From Candidatus Krumholzibacteriia bacterium (GTDB taxonomy: Bacteria; Krumholzibacteriota; Krumholzibacteriia; LZORAL124-64-63), in the NCBI GenBank assembly GCA_046484865.1, contig JAWOID010000063.1, positions 41,784 to 105,783 on the forward strand: a stretch of DNA of 64,000 nucleotides. Reading direction: 5' to 3'. The notes below the pieces were generated by a model. It was not told the origin of the DNA, made no database searches, and saw nothing but the letters and a program-made list of their open reading frames with translations. The first letter of the stretch is position 1; every line of letters begins with the position of its first letter. Position numbers and translations under genes: made by a program. Shown in pieces: positions 9,741-19,682 of the stretch.

Positions 9741-12506
9741 ATGAACGAACATGACAGGACCACCGGGGTTCGACCGCGCGCCACGGTCTCGCTGGACGCA
9801 GTTCCCGGCGTGCGACGCATGGGTCAGTATGTGCTGCGCCAGAAGCTGGGCGAGGGCGGCATGGGCGAGGTCTGGCTGGCCGAGCAGGCCGAGCCTCTGA
9901 AGCGGCGGGTGGCGCTGAAGATCATCAAGTCCGGCGCCGACTCGCGGTCGGTGCTCGGCCGGTTCGAGGCCGAACGCCAGGCTCTCGCCCTCATGGACCA
10001 CCCCTACGTGGCCCGGGTGTACGAGGCCGGCACGACGCCCGGCGGACGTTCCTACTTCGCCATGGAGTACGTGGCGGGCATTCCCATCACCGAGCACTGC
10101 GCACGGAACCAGGCGACCACCAACGAGCGGATCGAGCTGATCGCGAAGGTGTGCGAAGGGGTTCAGCACGCTCACCAGAAGGCCGTGATCCACCGCGATC
10201 TCAAGCCGTCGAACATCCTGATCTCGTTCCACCAGGGGCTGGCGACTCCGAAGATCATCGACTTCGGAATCGCCAAGGCGTTGGTGCAGAAGCTGACCGA
10301 GACCACGCTGTTCACCGAGATCGGCGTGCTGCTCGGCACGCCCGAGTACATGAGCCCCGAGCAAGCGCAGAAGAGCGGTCAGGACGTGGACACGCGCACC
10401 GACGTCTACTCGCTGGGCGTGATCCTCTACGAGCTGCTGGTGGGCGCTCTGCCGTTCGAGCCGGATGAACTGCGCGAGGGTGGCTACGAGGACGTGATCC
10501 GCCGGTTGCGGGAGAACCAGCCGCCGCGACCGTCGGTGCGGCTGCGCGCCCTGGGCGATCGCGCGACGGAGCATGCTCGAGCGCAGAAGCTGGACGTGCC
10601 CGCTCTCCGCCGGCGTCTCGAGGGCGACCTGGACTGGATCGTCATGCGCGCGCTGGAGAAGGATCGCGCCAGGCGGTATGGTTCGCCGTCCGAGTTGCGC
10701 GACGACCTGCTGCGCCACCTGCGGAACCTCCCGGTGGTCGCCCGCCCGCCGAGCCTGCGCTACCGCGCAGGCCGATTCGTCCGCCGCCACCGGGCCCCGG
10801 TCATGGCGGTCCTGCTGGTGGCGGGGGCTCTGCTGGGTGGAATTGCGGGCACCACGACCTTCGCCCTGCGTGCGGCGCGGCAGAGCGAACTGGCGAACCA
10901 CAATGCTCGCCTCGCAATGCAGCGCAGCGACGAGACCCAGCGGGTGGCCGAATTCCAGGCGGCGATGTTGCGGAACATCGACCAGCAGGAGCTGGGATCG
11001 GCCCTGCTGAACGGCCTGCGGGACCAGGCTCGGGACGCCATGGAACTCCAGTGGATCGCCGGATCGGACGGCAGCCTGCGCCAGCGGACGGCGGCGGAGG
11101 TACAGGAGCAGATGGCGTTGCTCGATCAAGCGCTGGGGCCCGGCGGCGCCGTGGATGCGGTGGTGGACATGCTCTGCGGCAGCATCCTCGATCCCGCGGT
11201 GGCGGTGATCCACAACGACTTCGCCGGTCAGCCGGGCATCCAGGCGTCGCTGCTGCGCACGGTCGGCAACACGTTCGTCTCGCTGGGCAGATACGAGGAG
11301 GGAGATCGGCACCTCACGGACGCGCTCGCGCTGCAGCGGCAGCGCGGAGAGCACGAGGAGGTCCGCGCCATCCTGGTGGATCTGGGTGGCGCCAGGGTCC
11401 ACCAGGACCTGTACGACGACGCCGAGGCCCTCCACCAGGAGGCGCTGTCCCTGGCCCGCCGGCTCTACGGCGGGCAGGAACACGCCGGCCTGGCGGAATC
11501 CCTGCTGGCCCTCGGCCACACGCGCTGGCAACGCGGCGACCTGGCAGGCGGCGAGGCGTTGCTGGCGGAAGCCCTGGCGATGAACACCGCGCTGTACGGC
11601 CGCCGCAGCCTGGAGGTGGTGAAGACGCTGGAGTCGCAGGCCGGCCTCTACCTGTACGCGGATCGGCCGCAGAGGGCAGAGCCGCTCCTGGACGAGGCTC
11701 TGGAGATCGTTCGCACGCTCGGCGACGCGAAGGAGCGTGAGCTGCAGATCCGCAACCGTCTCGTCCAGGTGCTGTGGAAGCAGGACCGACTGGACGAGGC
11801 CAGACGGCAGTGCGAGGCCAACCTCGCCGCCTTCCGCCGCGCCAAGGGTGACGACCATCCCGGCTCGGCCACCATCGTGGGACAGCTCGGCGCCATCGCC
11901 TACATGGACAGCGACTACGATGCCGCCGAGCGCTACTATCGGGAGGCGATGCGCATCAACCGGCGCGCCCTGGGACCGCGCAGCCGTAATCTCGGCGTCC
12001 AGATGTTCAACCTCGGACTCGCGCTGCAGATGAAGGGCGAGCTGGAGGAGGCGGAATCGCTGTATCGCCAGGTGCTCGATCTCCGGCTGGAGATCCTGGG
12101 ACCCGACCATCCTGGCGTTGCGCACATCCTCTACGCTCTCGGCTGGTTCCTCCAGGAATCGGACCGGCACGAGGAGGCCGTTCCCGTCCTCGAGCGGGCG
12201 CTGGCGATCCGGGTGGACAGGATGCCGTCCAGCGCGGTCACCGCCGACACACGCGGCGCGCTCGCGGCGTCGCTGACGCAGCTCGGACGGTACCAGGAGG
12301 CAGAGACGCAGCTACTGACGATCTTCGACGAATGGGACCCTCTCGAACATCCCTCGGAGTCGACCCGACAGACCGTTCTGGATCACCTGACCGTCCTCTA
12401 CGAGACCTGGGACGAGGCGGAGCCGGGGCAGGGCCACGGAGCCGAGGCCCAAAGGTGGCGGCAGTTCGAGGATGACGACGCCGGGGCGCTGGCCGTTCGG
12501 GAATGA
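9741..12506 (+). CDS. Hanks-type Ser/Thr protein kinase with TM helix and C-terminal TPR repeats
   Basis: LGEGGMGEV, VALK, HRDLKPSN, DFG and GTPEYMSPE motifs; hydrophobic segment; many TPR units. Confidence 0.95.
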   Translation: MNEHDRTTGVRPRATVSLDAVPGVRRMGQYVLRQKLGEGGMGEVWLAEQAEPLKRRVALKIIKSGADSRSVLGRFEAERQALALMDHPYVARVYEAGTTPGGRSYFAMEYVAGIPITEHCARNQATTNERIELIAKVCEGVQHAHQKAVIHRDLKPSNILISFHQGLATPKIIDFGIAKALVQKLTETTLFTEIGVLLGTPEYMSPEQAQKSGQDVDTRTDVYSLGVILYELLVGALPFEPDELREGGYEDVIRRLRENQPPRPSVRLRALGDRATEHARAQKLDVPALRRRLEGDLDWIVMRALEKDRARRYGSPSELRDDLLRHLRNLPVVARPPSLRYRAGRFVRRHRAPVMAVLLVAGALLGGIAGTTTFALRAARQSELANHNARLAMQRSDETQRVAEFQAAMLRNIDQQELGSALLNGLRDQARDAMELQWIAGSDGSLRQRTAAEVQEQMALLDQALGPGGAVDAVVDMLCGSILDPAVAVIHNDFAGQPGIQASLLRTVGNTFVSLGRYEEGDRHLTDALALQRQRGEHEEVRAILVDLGGARVHQDLYDDAEALHQEALSLARRLYGGQEHAGLAESLLALGHTRWQRGDLAGGEALLAEALAMNTALYGRRSLEVVKTLESQAGLYLYADRPQRAEPLLDEALEIVRTLGDAKERELQIRNRLVQVLWKQDRLDEARRQCEANLAAFRRAKGDDHPGSATIVGQLGAIAYMDSDYDAAERYYREAMRINRRALGPRSRNLGVQMFNLGLALQMKGELEEAESLYRQVLDLRLEILGPDHPGVAHILYALGWFLQESDRHEEAVPVLERALAIRVDRMPSSAVTADTRGALAASLTQLGRYQEAETQLLTIFDEWDPLEHPSESTRQTVLDHLTVLYETWDEAEPGQGHGAEAQRWRQFEDDDAGALAVRE

Positions 12507-12779
12507 CCATTCCTCACCGGGGCGACCTCGGCGATGCCGCGGCCGTGCAGCAGTGGCTGCGGGAACTGGCAGTGTGGCCGCGGTACGTCTCCTGACCACC
12601 CACTCGGCATCGCGCTCCATTCCGGCGGCCTGCGGGCCGCCGACACCCATCGATTGAATTATCTACAAAAGCGCAACACATCATGTTTGCGGGGACCGGG
12701 ATCTGCCCCCGCGATCGTCCGCATACATGGCGGTTTGATTCGCTATCCACGGAAATATGCCGGTGGCACTCTGGCGGTC

Positions 12780-12817
12780 TGTCCAGGAAATGTTTATAAT
12801 TAAAGGATCCATTGGAC
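12780..12817 (+). promoter_or_regulatory. AT-rich promoter region with perfect TATAAT (12795-12800) upstream of the renalase-like gene
   Basis: TATAAT about 50 nt upstream of GTG 12850, in an AT-rich patch of a GC-rich genome; no clear -35. Confidence 0.5.
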
Positions 12818-12849
12818 GCGCAATCGAAACCTCGGCGAGGGAGGCGGGC

Positions 12850-13974
12850 GTGAAAAGCATAGCAGTCATCGGGGCCGGGATCGCCGGATTGACATGCGCG
12901 CGAGGTCTGGTCCGGAGCGGCGCCGACGTGAAGGTCTACGACCGCGGTCGGGGTCCGGGCGGTCGTGCCTCGACGAGGCGAGACGGGACGCACCGGTTCG
13001 AGCACGGGGCGCCGTTCTTCCAGGCGGCCCAGCGTGAATTCATGGCCCAGGTGGCGGAATGGGTGGAAGACGGCCACGCGCGGCCGGCCTTGCCGCGCCT
13101 GGTGCACCTGAACCGCGGCCGGGTCAGTGCGGAACTCGACAACGGCGGTCTCTTCACCGGCGCACCTGCCCTGAACCGACTGGTGCGGCATCTCGCCACC
13201 GACCTCGACCTCGTGTCCGGGGTCCGGGTGGAACAGCTGGTGCGCCGCTCCGCCTGGTCGGAAGCACCGCGCTGGCAGCTGGTGGTCGATGGGCGGCTCG
13301 CTGCCGATGTCTTCGACACGGTGGTCATCGCGGCTCCGCCGTCAGAGGCCATCTCGCTGCTGCAGGATGCGCCGCACTGGCAGCGCCGGTTGCTGGGCGT
13401 GGTCATGGATCCATGCCTGACGGCGATGGTCACCTTCGCCGAACCGCTGGCCGTGGACTGGGACGGAGCCCGCGTGACCGCCAGTCCGCTGGAGTGGATC
13501 CACCGGCAGACCGGCGCGGGCGGCACGGGCATTGCCGAAGGCCCCGGCGGGGCGGGTGTCGCCGGCGGCCCCGGCGACGCGGAGGAGACCGGCGACGGGG
13601 CGGCACCCGGGGAGTCCTGGGTGTTGCACGCCACGGCCGCGTACAGTCGCGAGCATCTGCGCGACGATCCGCAGGCGACGGCCTGGGATCTGGTTCGCCG
13701 TCTGGCGGAGGAGGTCGACCGTCCCCTGCCGGCCGTGCAGTTCGTGCGGGGGCATCGCTGGCGCTATGCTCGGACCCATCGGCCGCTGGGGGCGGATCAC
13801 CTCCACGACGAGTCGCTGGGCCTGGCGGTCTGCGGCGACTGGTGCCGCGGTGAGGGCCTGGAAGACGCCTACGTCAGCGGCGCCGCTCTCGCGAAGGAGA
13901 TCGTCGCCCGAGCTCGGGCCGCGGCAGACGGCGGGATCAGCGACCCGCCTCGACGACAGGATATCGCGTCGTGA
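12850..13974 (+). CDS. Renalase-like NAD(P)/FAD-dependent oxidoreductase
   Basis: IAVIGAGIAG Rossmann motif, DRGRGPGGRASTRR, FEHGAPFF, HRWRYA and CGDWC.G..LEDAYVSG. Confidence 0.9.
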   Translation: MKSIAVIGAGIAGLTCARGLVRSGADVKVYDRGRGPGGRASTRRDGTHRFEHGAPFFQAAQREFMAQVAEWVEDGHARPALPRLVHLNRGRVSAELDNGGLFTGAPALNRLVRHLATDLDLVSGVRVEQLVRRSAWSEAPRWQLVVDGRLAADVFDTVVIAAPPSEAISLLQDAPHWQRRLLGVVMDPCLTAMVTFAEPLAVDWDGARVTASPLEWIHRQTGAGGTGIAEGPGGAGVAGGPGDAEETGDGAAPGESWVLHATAAYSREHLRDDPQATAWDLVRRLAEEVDRPLPAVQFVRGHRWRYARTHRPLGADHLHDESLGLAVCGDWCRGEGLEDAYVSGAALAKEIVARARAAADGGISDPPRRQDIAS

Positions 13975-15406
13975 CCAGCCAGTCGTGCAGTTCCGGTCCG
14001 AAGCCCGGCACGTGCTCGAGAACGATCGCCTCGAACGACGTGCAGTCCAGACCGTCGTGCGCGAAGAGATCGCGCGTGAAAGCGGTGAAGCGGTCGGGAC
14101 CGAGGCGGCGGCGCAGCGCATCGAAGAACAGCACCACCCGGTCGGGCAGCACGAATCGATCCTTGTAGATGCCGATCTCGTCGGGACCGATGGCGTAGAT
14201 CGGTTTCTCCGGCGGCAGCGGCCGCCCCCGGGAGTCGTTGCCGCTGGATCTGCGCTGCCGGTAGCCCTGCTCGATCCGGGAGACGATGTCGTCGTAGAAC
14301 GTGTCGCCGAGAGACTCGCCCAGGACGGGCAGATGGAAGTAACTGGGGAAGCCTTCCACGGCGAGAGCGAACAGCGGATCGGCGCGAGGCACGTCGACGC
14401 GCACGCGGTCGTGCACCAGCTCGTGGGCGATGGTGCGGCCGGAGTGGCTCTCGGGATCGAACTCCATCCAGCTCCCGGTTTCGATGCCGATCACGTTCCC
14501 GCTCGCGATGTCGCCGAACCTGGGCATCTGCATCAGGTGGAGCTGACGTCCGGGGTCGCCGGTCCGGTACCGGTCGCGGAAGATCGTGTCCAGCCGCCGG
14601 CTGAAATCGAGGATCCGGGCAGCCGCGGCCAGGACCTCCGGATCGTCGAGGACCCAGGCCGTGCAGTTTTCCTCGCTGCGGGTGACGAATCGACGGGCCG
14701 TGAGCTGAGCGGCGAACAGGTCGAGATTCTCGGCCCGCCACCGGTACCGCATCAGGTCGCCGTCTCGCTCGCGGGCCAGCCAGTCGCCCGCGAACACGGC
14801 GGCGAATTCCGCCGGGACCGTGATCTCGACTCGCGGGAAATCGGCCGCGTGTCCGTCGCGGCCGGAATCGAGGAAGACGGGAAACCACAGCGAGTAGCCG
14901 TATGACCTGAGCAGGGCGCCGTCCTGGTCGATACGCATGTAGTCGGATCGGGACCGGGCGCGGGACGGATGGAAGTGACCGGAGTACCAGACGGTCAACC
15001 CGGCCGACAGCTTCCGCCCCTGCAGCACGGCCTCGACTCGGCGTGCGACGAGCGAATAGTCGTAAGGATAGAACACCGGCGTCTGGCTCACCGGCAACGG
15101 CTCGCCGTCGATGGCGAGCGAGTCGACCGCCAGCTCCCCGTGCAGGTAGAACACGATGGTGTCGGGATTCGCCACCCCTGCCGGGAAGCGCACGTCGGCT
15201 CGTCCGCGCAGCGCATGCTCGGCCGGAACGATCGCCACCTCCAGCTCGTAGGCCGCGGGCAGCGGCTCCTCGGCGGCGAGAGGCGAACCGGCGGCCGGCC
15301 CCGGCAGGAAGGCCAGGACGACCAGGATCGCCCCGACGGTCGTGATCGTCGGAGCCGTGCGCGGTCTCGACCGCGCCGGTCGGATTGGAAACGGCATTGC
15401 CGGCAT
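13937..15406 (-). CDS. Secreted gluzincin metallopeptidase (M1 aminopeptidase-like)
   Basis: Signal peptide; IAHELVH followed by EGFPSY (HExxH…E zinc motif). Confidence 0.75.
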   Translation of the reverse strand: MPAMPFPIRPARSRPRTAPTITTVGAILVVLAFLPGPAAGSPLAAEEPLPAAYELEVAIVPAEHALRGRADVRFPAGVANPDTIVFYLHGELAVDSLAIDGEPLPVSQTPVFYPYDYSLVARRVEAVLQGRKLSAGLTVWYSGHFHPSRARSRSDYMRIDQDGALLRSYGYSLWFPVFLDSGRDGHAADFPRVEITVPAEFAAVFAGDWLARERDGDLMRYRWRAENLDLFAAQLTARRFVTRSEENCTAWVLDDPEVLAAAARILDFSRRLDTIFRDRYRTGDPGRQLHLMQMPRFGDIASGNVIGIETGSWMEFDPESHSGRTIAHELVHDRVRVDVPRADPLFALAVEGFPSYFHLPVLGESLGDTFYDDIVSRIEQGYRQRRSSGNDSRGRPLPPEKPIYAIGPDEIGIYKDRFVLPDRVVLFFDALRRRLGPDRFTAFTRDLFAHDGLDCTSFEAIVLEHVPGFGPELHDWLVTTRYPVVEAGR

Positions 15407-15558
15407 CAGGGGGCCCTCCGGTCCGTGGTGACGTCCGGAGATACGATCGCACGGGCCGAAGGTTACCGCGCGGCCACGCTTGCCGGCGGTCAGCCGTCGC
15501 GGACTCCGCGCGGGCGGGAGCGCGCTCGGGGATGCCCCCGAAACCACCGGCACCGAAC

Positions 15559-15588
15559 TTGACGAGGGAATTGCAACGGTGCTAGAGT
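15559..15588 (+). promoter_or_regulatory. Putative sigma70 promoter for the 15830 gene
   Basis: TTGACG-N18-TAGAGT with TG extension before the -10. Confidence 0.4.
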
Positions 15589-15829
15589 GCGGTCGGGAAG
15601 TTGCAGGGGGACCGATCGGCAGGCGGCAGGTGGGGGACCTGTCCTCGATCCGGGCGTTTCACGACCACTCTCGGCATCTCAGTCAATGGCATGGCGCCGC
15701 ACCTCGTGTCGCGCGATGTCTGCAATATCGTCGTCATCGCGGTCTTCTCCTGTGATCTCCGATCGCCGTATGGCTGCGGGCCAGTGCCCACGCGCCGATC
15801 TGCGGATCTCGAGTCCAGGGAGGCCGATC

Positions 15830-17980
15830 ATGACGAGAACGATCACGAACCGCGCGATTCCACTCCTTTCCGCTCTGGCCGCCGCCGGCATCGTCTCACT
15901 GGTCGGACTTGCCGGCGTCCCCGCGCAGGCCGACCAGCTGGAGTCGGTGCACACGATCTACTACGGAGAGAGCTGGGAGTCCGGCGATGGCGACTGGTAC
16001 GCCGACGGCGGCATCTGGGAGGTGGGCACCCCGACGTTTACCCACGCGCACGACGGTGCTCGCTGCGCCGGCACCAACATCGACGGCAACTATCCTGATA
16101 ACGCCAGTTCTCGCTTCATCAGTCCCGTCATCGACCTCCCGACGCTCGGTACGCTGAACGACGGCGTGCTCTGGTTGCGGTTCTTCCACCTCTGGAGTTA
16201 CAGCGACGCCGACAACGGGCGCGTGGACATCAGCGTGCGCGACGGTGGCGTCTGGGGCCCGTGGGAGACGGTCAGCGGGTCGTTCGCGGGCAGCAGCGCG
16301 ATCTGGTCGCAGTCGCTGATCGACATCACCGCTCATGCCGGACAGACGGTCCGGTTCGGACTGCGGCACACCGAGGGCGGCACCTACGAGGGCCCGGGCT
16401 GGTACGTGGATGCCGTGGAGGTCGTCGATGGCGCGTTCCGGTGGAATACCCCGGAGACCTTCGAGGCCAACGTGATGGGCGATCCGGTCTGGGGTGGGTG
16501 GTATACCGAACAGGGCGTCTGGGAGATCGGCGAGCCGACCTCCGGACCGGGCGGTGCTCTCAGCGGTCGCATGTGCGCGGCCACGGTCCTCGCCGGCAAT
16601 TACCCGGATAACCAAAGCAGCCGATTCGTCAGTCCCGAGCTGTCGCTGCCGGCCTCGCCGCTGGAGGGCGAGCTCTGGCTCAGTGCGATCCACTACTACC
16701 ACCTGGCGGACAGCGATTACGGCAAGTTCCAGATCAAGGCGGGCGACACGTGGGTGGACCTCAGCCACGCCTTTTACGGCTACTCGGGGGGCTGGACCGA
16801 GAGCATCATGGATCTGGCGCCGTACGCGGGCCAGGTCGTACGTCTGGGCCTGTTCTTCGGAGAGGGCGGCTCCTACGAGGGCCCGGGCTGGTACGTGGAC
16901 GACATCGCCGTGGTGGAGGGTCCTCGCATCTTCAACAATCCGGACAGCTTCGAGACGGGGACGCGTGGCTGGTACGCGAGCGACGGCGTCTGGCAGGTGG
17001 GCGAGCCGACGTACGGTCCCGCAGGCGCCTTCACCGGCACCATGTGCTGGGGCACGAACCTCGGTGGGAATTACCCGGACGACAACAGCAGCGTGCTCTT
17101 CACCCCCGACGTGACGCTGCCCGGCGGCGTCAGTCCCCTGCGGCTGGACTACCAGCAGTGGTACGTGTTCTCCGACTCCGATTACGGCGAGGTCTGGGTG
17201 TATCCGGAGGGCGGCGAACCGGCGCTGATCAGCGATCGGTTCACCACCACCAGCGACGGCTGGCACCGCTATTACATCGACCTCACTCCCTGGGCGGGCC
17301 AGACCGTGCACTTCGGGTTCAAGTTCCAGGAGGGTGGCTCCTACGAGGGCCCGGGCTGGTACATCGATGACGTCCGCATCGACGGGATGGACCAGAGCGA
17401 GCCGATGGCGCCGTTCTGGGTGACGACCGAATACTCGGCGGGGCCGCCGGTCGTCAACTGGACCCTGGTACCCTACGAGCCCCACTACACCTGCATCTAT
17501 GCCTCGCGTCGCGAGGATGCCTACCTGCCGAATCTGGGCAACCGCATCGCCATGTTCCGACAGACGGGGACCACGTACGAGGACATCGACCGGCCGGGCT
17601 GGGGCGTCTACTTCTACCAGGTGGGACTGGTGGACGACCTGATGCACGAGTCGCAGACCCTGGGCAGTGGACCGCCGCATACCGGCGTGGGCGACGGCGG
17701 CGTTCCCGGCCTCTCGGCCAACGCGACGCTCTTGGGCAACACGCCGAACCCGTTCAATCCGACCACGGTGGTCAGCTTCAGGCTCGCCGCCACGACGCAC
17801 ACCGTCCTGCAGATCTTCGACGCCGCCGGCCGTCGGGTGGCGACACTCGTGGACGCGGAACTGGCGCCCGGCACCTACGACCTGCCCTTCGCGGCGAAGC
17901 AACTGCCCTCGGGCGTCTACTTCAGTCGCCTCGCGGCCGGCGGGGTGGTGGAGACGCGCAAGATGATGCTGGTCCGATGA
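15830..17980 (+). CDS. Secreted protein with three tandem jelly-roll (MAM/choice-of-anchor J/immune-inhibitor-A-like) repeats and a C-terminal FlgD/T9SS-like domain
   Basis: Signal peptide; three repeats of W…GVWE.G.PT…GNYPD…EGG.YEGPGWY.DD; C-terminal NTPNPFNPTT…IFDAAGRRVATLV…LPSGVYF.RL…KMMLVR. Confidence 0.85.
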   Translation: MTRTITNRAIPLLSALAAAGIVSLVGLAGVPAQADQLESVHTIYYGESWESGDGDWYADGGIWEVGTPTFTHAHDGARCAGTNIDGNYPDNASSRFISPVIDLPTLGTLNDGVLWLRFFHLWSYSDADNGRVDISVRDGGVWGPWETVSGSFAGSSAIWSQSLIDITAHAGQTVRFGLRHTEGGTYEGPGWYVDAVEVVDGAFRWNTPETFEANVMGDPVWGGWYTEQGVWEIGEPTSGPGGALSGRMCAATVLAGNYPDNQSSRFVSPELSLPASPLEGELWLSAIHYYHLADSDYGKFQIKAGDTWVDLSHAFYGYSGGWTESIMDLAPYAGQVVRLGLFFGEGGSYEGPGWYVDDIAVVEGPRIFNNPDSFETGTRGWYASDGVWQVGEPTYGPAGAFTGTMCWGTNLGGNYPDDNSSVLFTPDVTLPGGVSPLRLDYQQWYVFSDSDYGEVWVYPEGGEPALISDRFTTTSDGWHRYYIDLTPWAGQTVHFGFKFQEGGSYEGPGWYIDDVRIDGMDQSEPMAPFWVTTEYSAGPPVVNWTLVPYEPHYTCIYASRREDAYLPNLGNRIAMFRQTGTTYEDIDRPGWGVYFYQVGLVDDLMHESQTLGSGPPHTGVGDGGVPGLSANATLLGNTPNPFNPTTVVSFRLAATTHTVLQIFDAAGRRVATLVDAELAPGTYDLPFAAKQLPSGVYFSRLAAGGVVETRKMMLVR

Positions 17981-17988
17981 CGACGGGT

Positions 17989-18015
17989 GGGGCTCGCGCC
18001 AGGTGCGCGGGCCCC
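17989..18015. terminator. GC hairpin between convergent genes
   Basis: GGGGCTCGCGC-CAGGT-GCGCGGGCCCC stem-loop; no clear U tract. Confidence 0.35.
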
Positions 18016-18044
18016 CGCCGCCGGCAAATCCGGCTCGGCGCGGC

Positions 18045-19325
18045 TCAGGCCTCTTGCCCACCGGTGGTGTGCGGGGGGGGCTCAGCGGGCGATGTCGTGG
18101 CGATGGGGCCGTCGTCCTGCACCACCACGTGGACGACGCTCCCGGCGCCGGGGCGGCTGCTGACGGACACGCGACCGCCGAGCAGTTCGGCGCGCTGGCC
18201 GATCCTGAGCAGACCCGTGCCGGTCGGACCGCCCGGGCCTTCCTGCCGGAACCCGCGGCCCAGATCGGAGACCGAGAGACGGATGTACCGGCCGCGCCGC
18301 CGCAGGCGCATCACGGCGGCGCCGGTCCGCGCATGCTTGACCACGTTGAAGAGCAGTTCCTGCGTCGTTCTGAGCAGGAACACCTGGAGTCCCACTTCGC
18401 TCGGGTTCACGTCCTGGCCGATCTCGACGGCGACGCGCAAGCCGTGGTCGGTCTCCATGCGGTGCGCCAGCAGGCGAAGGACACCGGGAAGATCGGTCTG
18501 CTGGAGACCGTCGGGCGTCAGCTCGTGCGAGATGCTGCGGGTGGTGTCGATGGCCGTGCGCAGCAGGACGTTCAACCTGTGCACGGCCTCCATCAGATCA
18601 GGTTCGCGTTCGGCGAGGCGCTGCAGCCGGTCCACCTGATAGCACGCCGCCGCGATCCGTTGCTGCAGGTCGTCGTGCAGGAGCTCGGAGATCCGGCACC
18701 GCTCGCGCTCCTCGGCTTGTACCAGCTCGGCGGCCAGCTTCCGCAGCCTCTGGTCGCGACGGTCCAGCTCCATCCCCTGTGACTCCACCAGCTGCCCGAG
18801 CCGCGCCAGCCGCCGGCGCGCGGCCGATTCGGACCGGCGCATCGTGGTCACGTCGCGACAGATCGCGCAGGCAAACATCCGCTTTCCCCGGACGATGCCG
18901 AAGAGCAGGGAATGCACGAGGCGCCGGGAGCCGTCTGGACGCTCGATCTCGTCCTCGAGGTCGCGCTCGAGGCGCGCCCCTTCCTGCAAGCCCCGCAGGA
19001 CCTTCTCGCGGGCCTGCTCCAGGAACTGCGCGGTGCGCCTGCCGGCGGGAGCCAGCCGGTACTGCACCTCCCACATGGACCGGCCGATCGCGTCGGCGCG
19101 AGGAATCCCGCAGATCCGCTCCTGGGCCGCGTTCCATTCCACCACCTTGCCGCTGCCGTCGATGACGACGATGCCGTCCCGCGATTGCTGCGCGAACAGA
19201 CGCAGGCTGGTCACGAGCCTGAACTGCGACGAGGGGTCGGGGTGCCGGCCCGGGTGGGCCGGGCGAGGTCCGGGCGCGTCGAACTCGCCGGCCGCATCGA
19301 CCATGATCACGACCCCCACGGACAT
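18045..19325 (-). CDS. Cytoplasmic PAS-domain sensor histidine kinase (HisKA_3, NarX/UhpB type)
   Basis: PAS domain (DGIVVID…EWNAAQERI); EERER.RISELLHDDLQQ H-box; ELLFNVVKHA and DLGRGF ATPase motifs. Start uncertain. Confidence 0.9.
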   Translation of the reverse strand: MSVGVVIMVDAAGEFDAPGPRPAHPGRHPDPSSQFRLVTSLRLFAQQSRDGIVVIDGSGKVVEWNAAQERICGIPRADAIGRSMWEVQYRLAPAGRRTAQFLEQAREKVLRGLQEGARLERDLEDEIERPDGSRRLVHSLLFGIVRGKRMFACAICRDVTTMRRSESAARRRLARLGQLVESQGMELDRRDQRLRKLAAELVQAEERERCRISELLHDDLQQRIAAACYQVDRLQRLAEREPDLMEAVHRLNVLLRTAIDTTRSISHELTPDGLQQTDLPGVLRLLAHRMETDHGLRVAVEIGQDVNPSEVGLQVFLLRTTQELLFNVVKHARTGAAVMRLRRRGRYIRLSVSDLGRGFRQEGPGGPTGTGLLRIGQRAELLGGRVSVSSRPGAGSVVHVVVQDDGPIATTSPAEPPPHTTGGQEA

Positions 19326-19682
19326 CCACCGGGACTTCCGGGCCGTCGTTGATCGCCGGTTGGCGAGGCGCCTGGCCCAGGCGCGGTTTCCAGTTCGGGC
19401 GTCCTGTCTAGCAGTAACGATTCTCAGGTCGCGGTGAATCTAGCACGGACGTCCGGACGGGACAAGCCGGGTCGCCGCGCGATCGAGCAAGATGAACCTC
19501 ACCGCTGTCGCCGTGGTGTGGTGGCCGTCGACGTCTCGATCGATGTGGCGCTGGTGAAGTGTCCCCCGACGCGATACGAGCAGATCCAGGCCGATCCGTC
19601 GCGGTGATTCGATCACATGAGCCCTCCCGCTCCGAGCCCGCTTGCGGTAGCATCGCCGGGGTACGAACCGAGGAGGCGACAG

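Noticed and set aside
16384..17362. Identical 22-nt sequence occurring three times at about 480-nt spacing
   Set aside because: It lies in frame within repeated protein domains (YEGPGWY); not a CRISPR repeat or mobile-element end.
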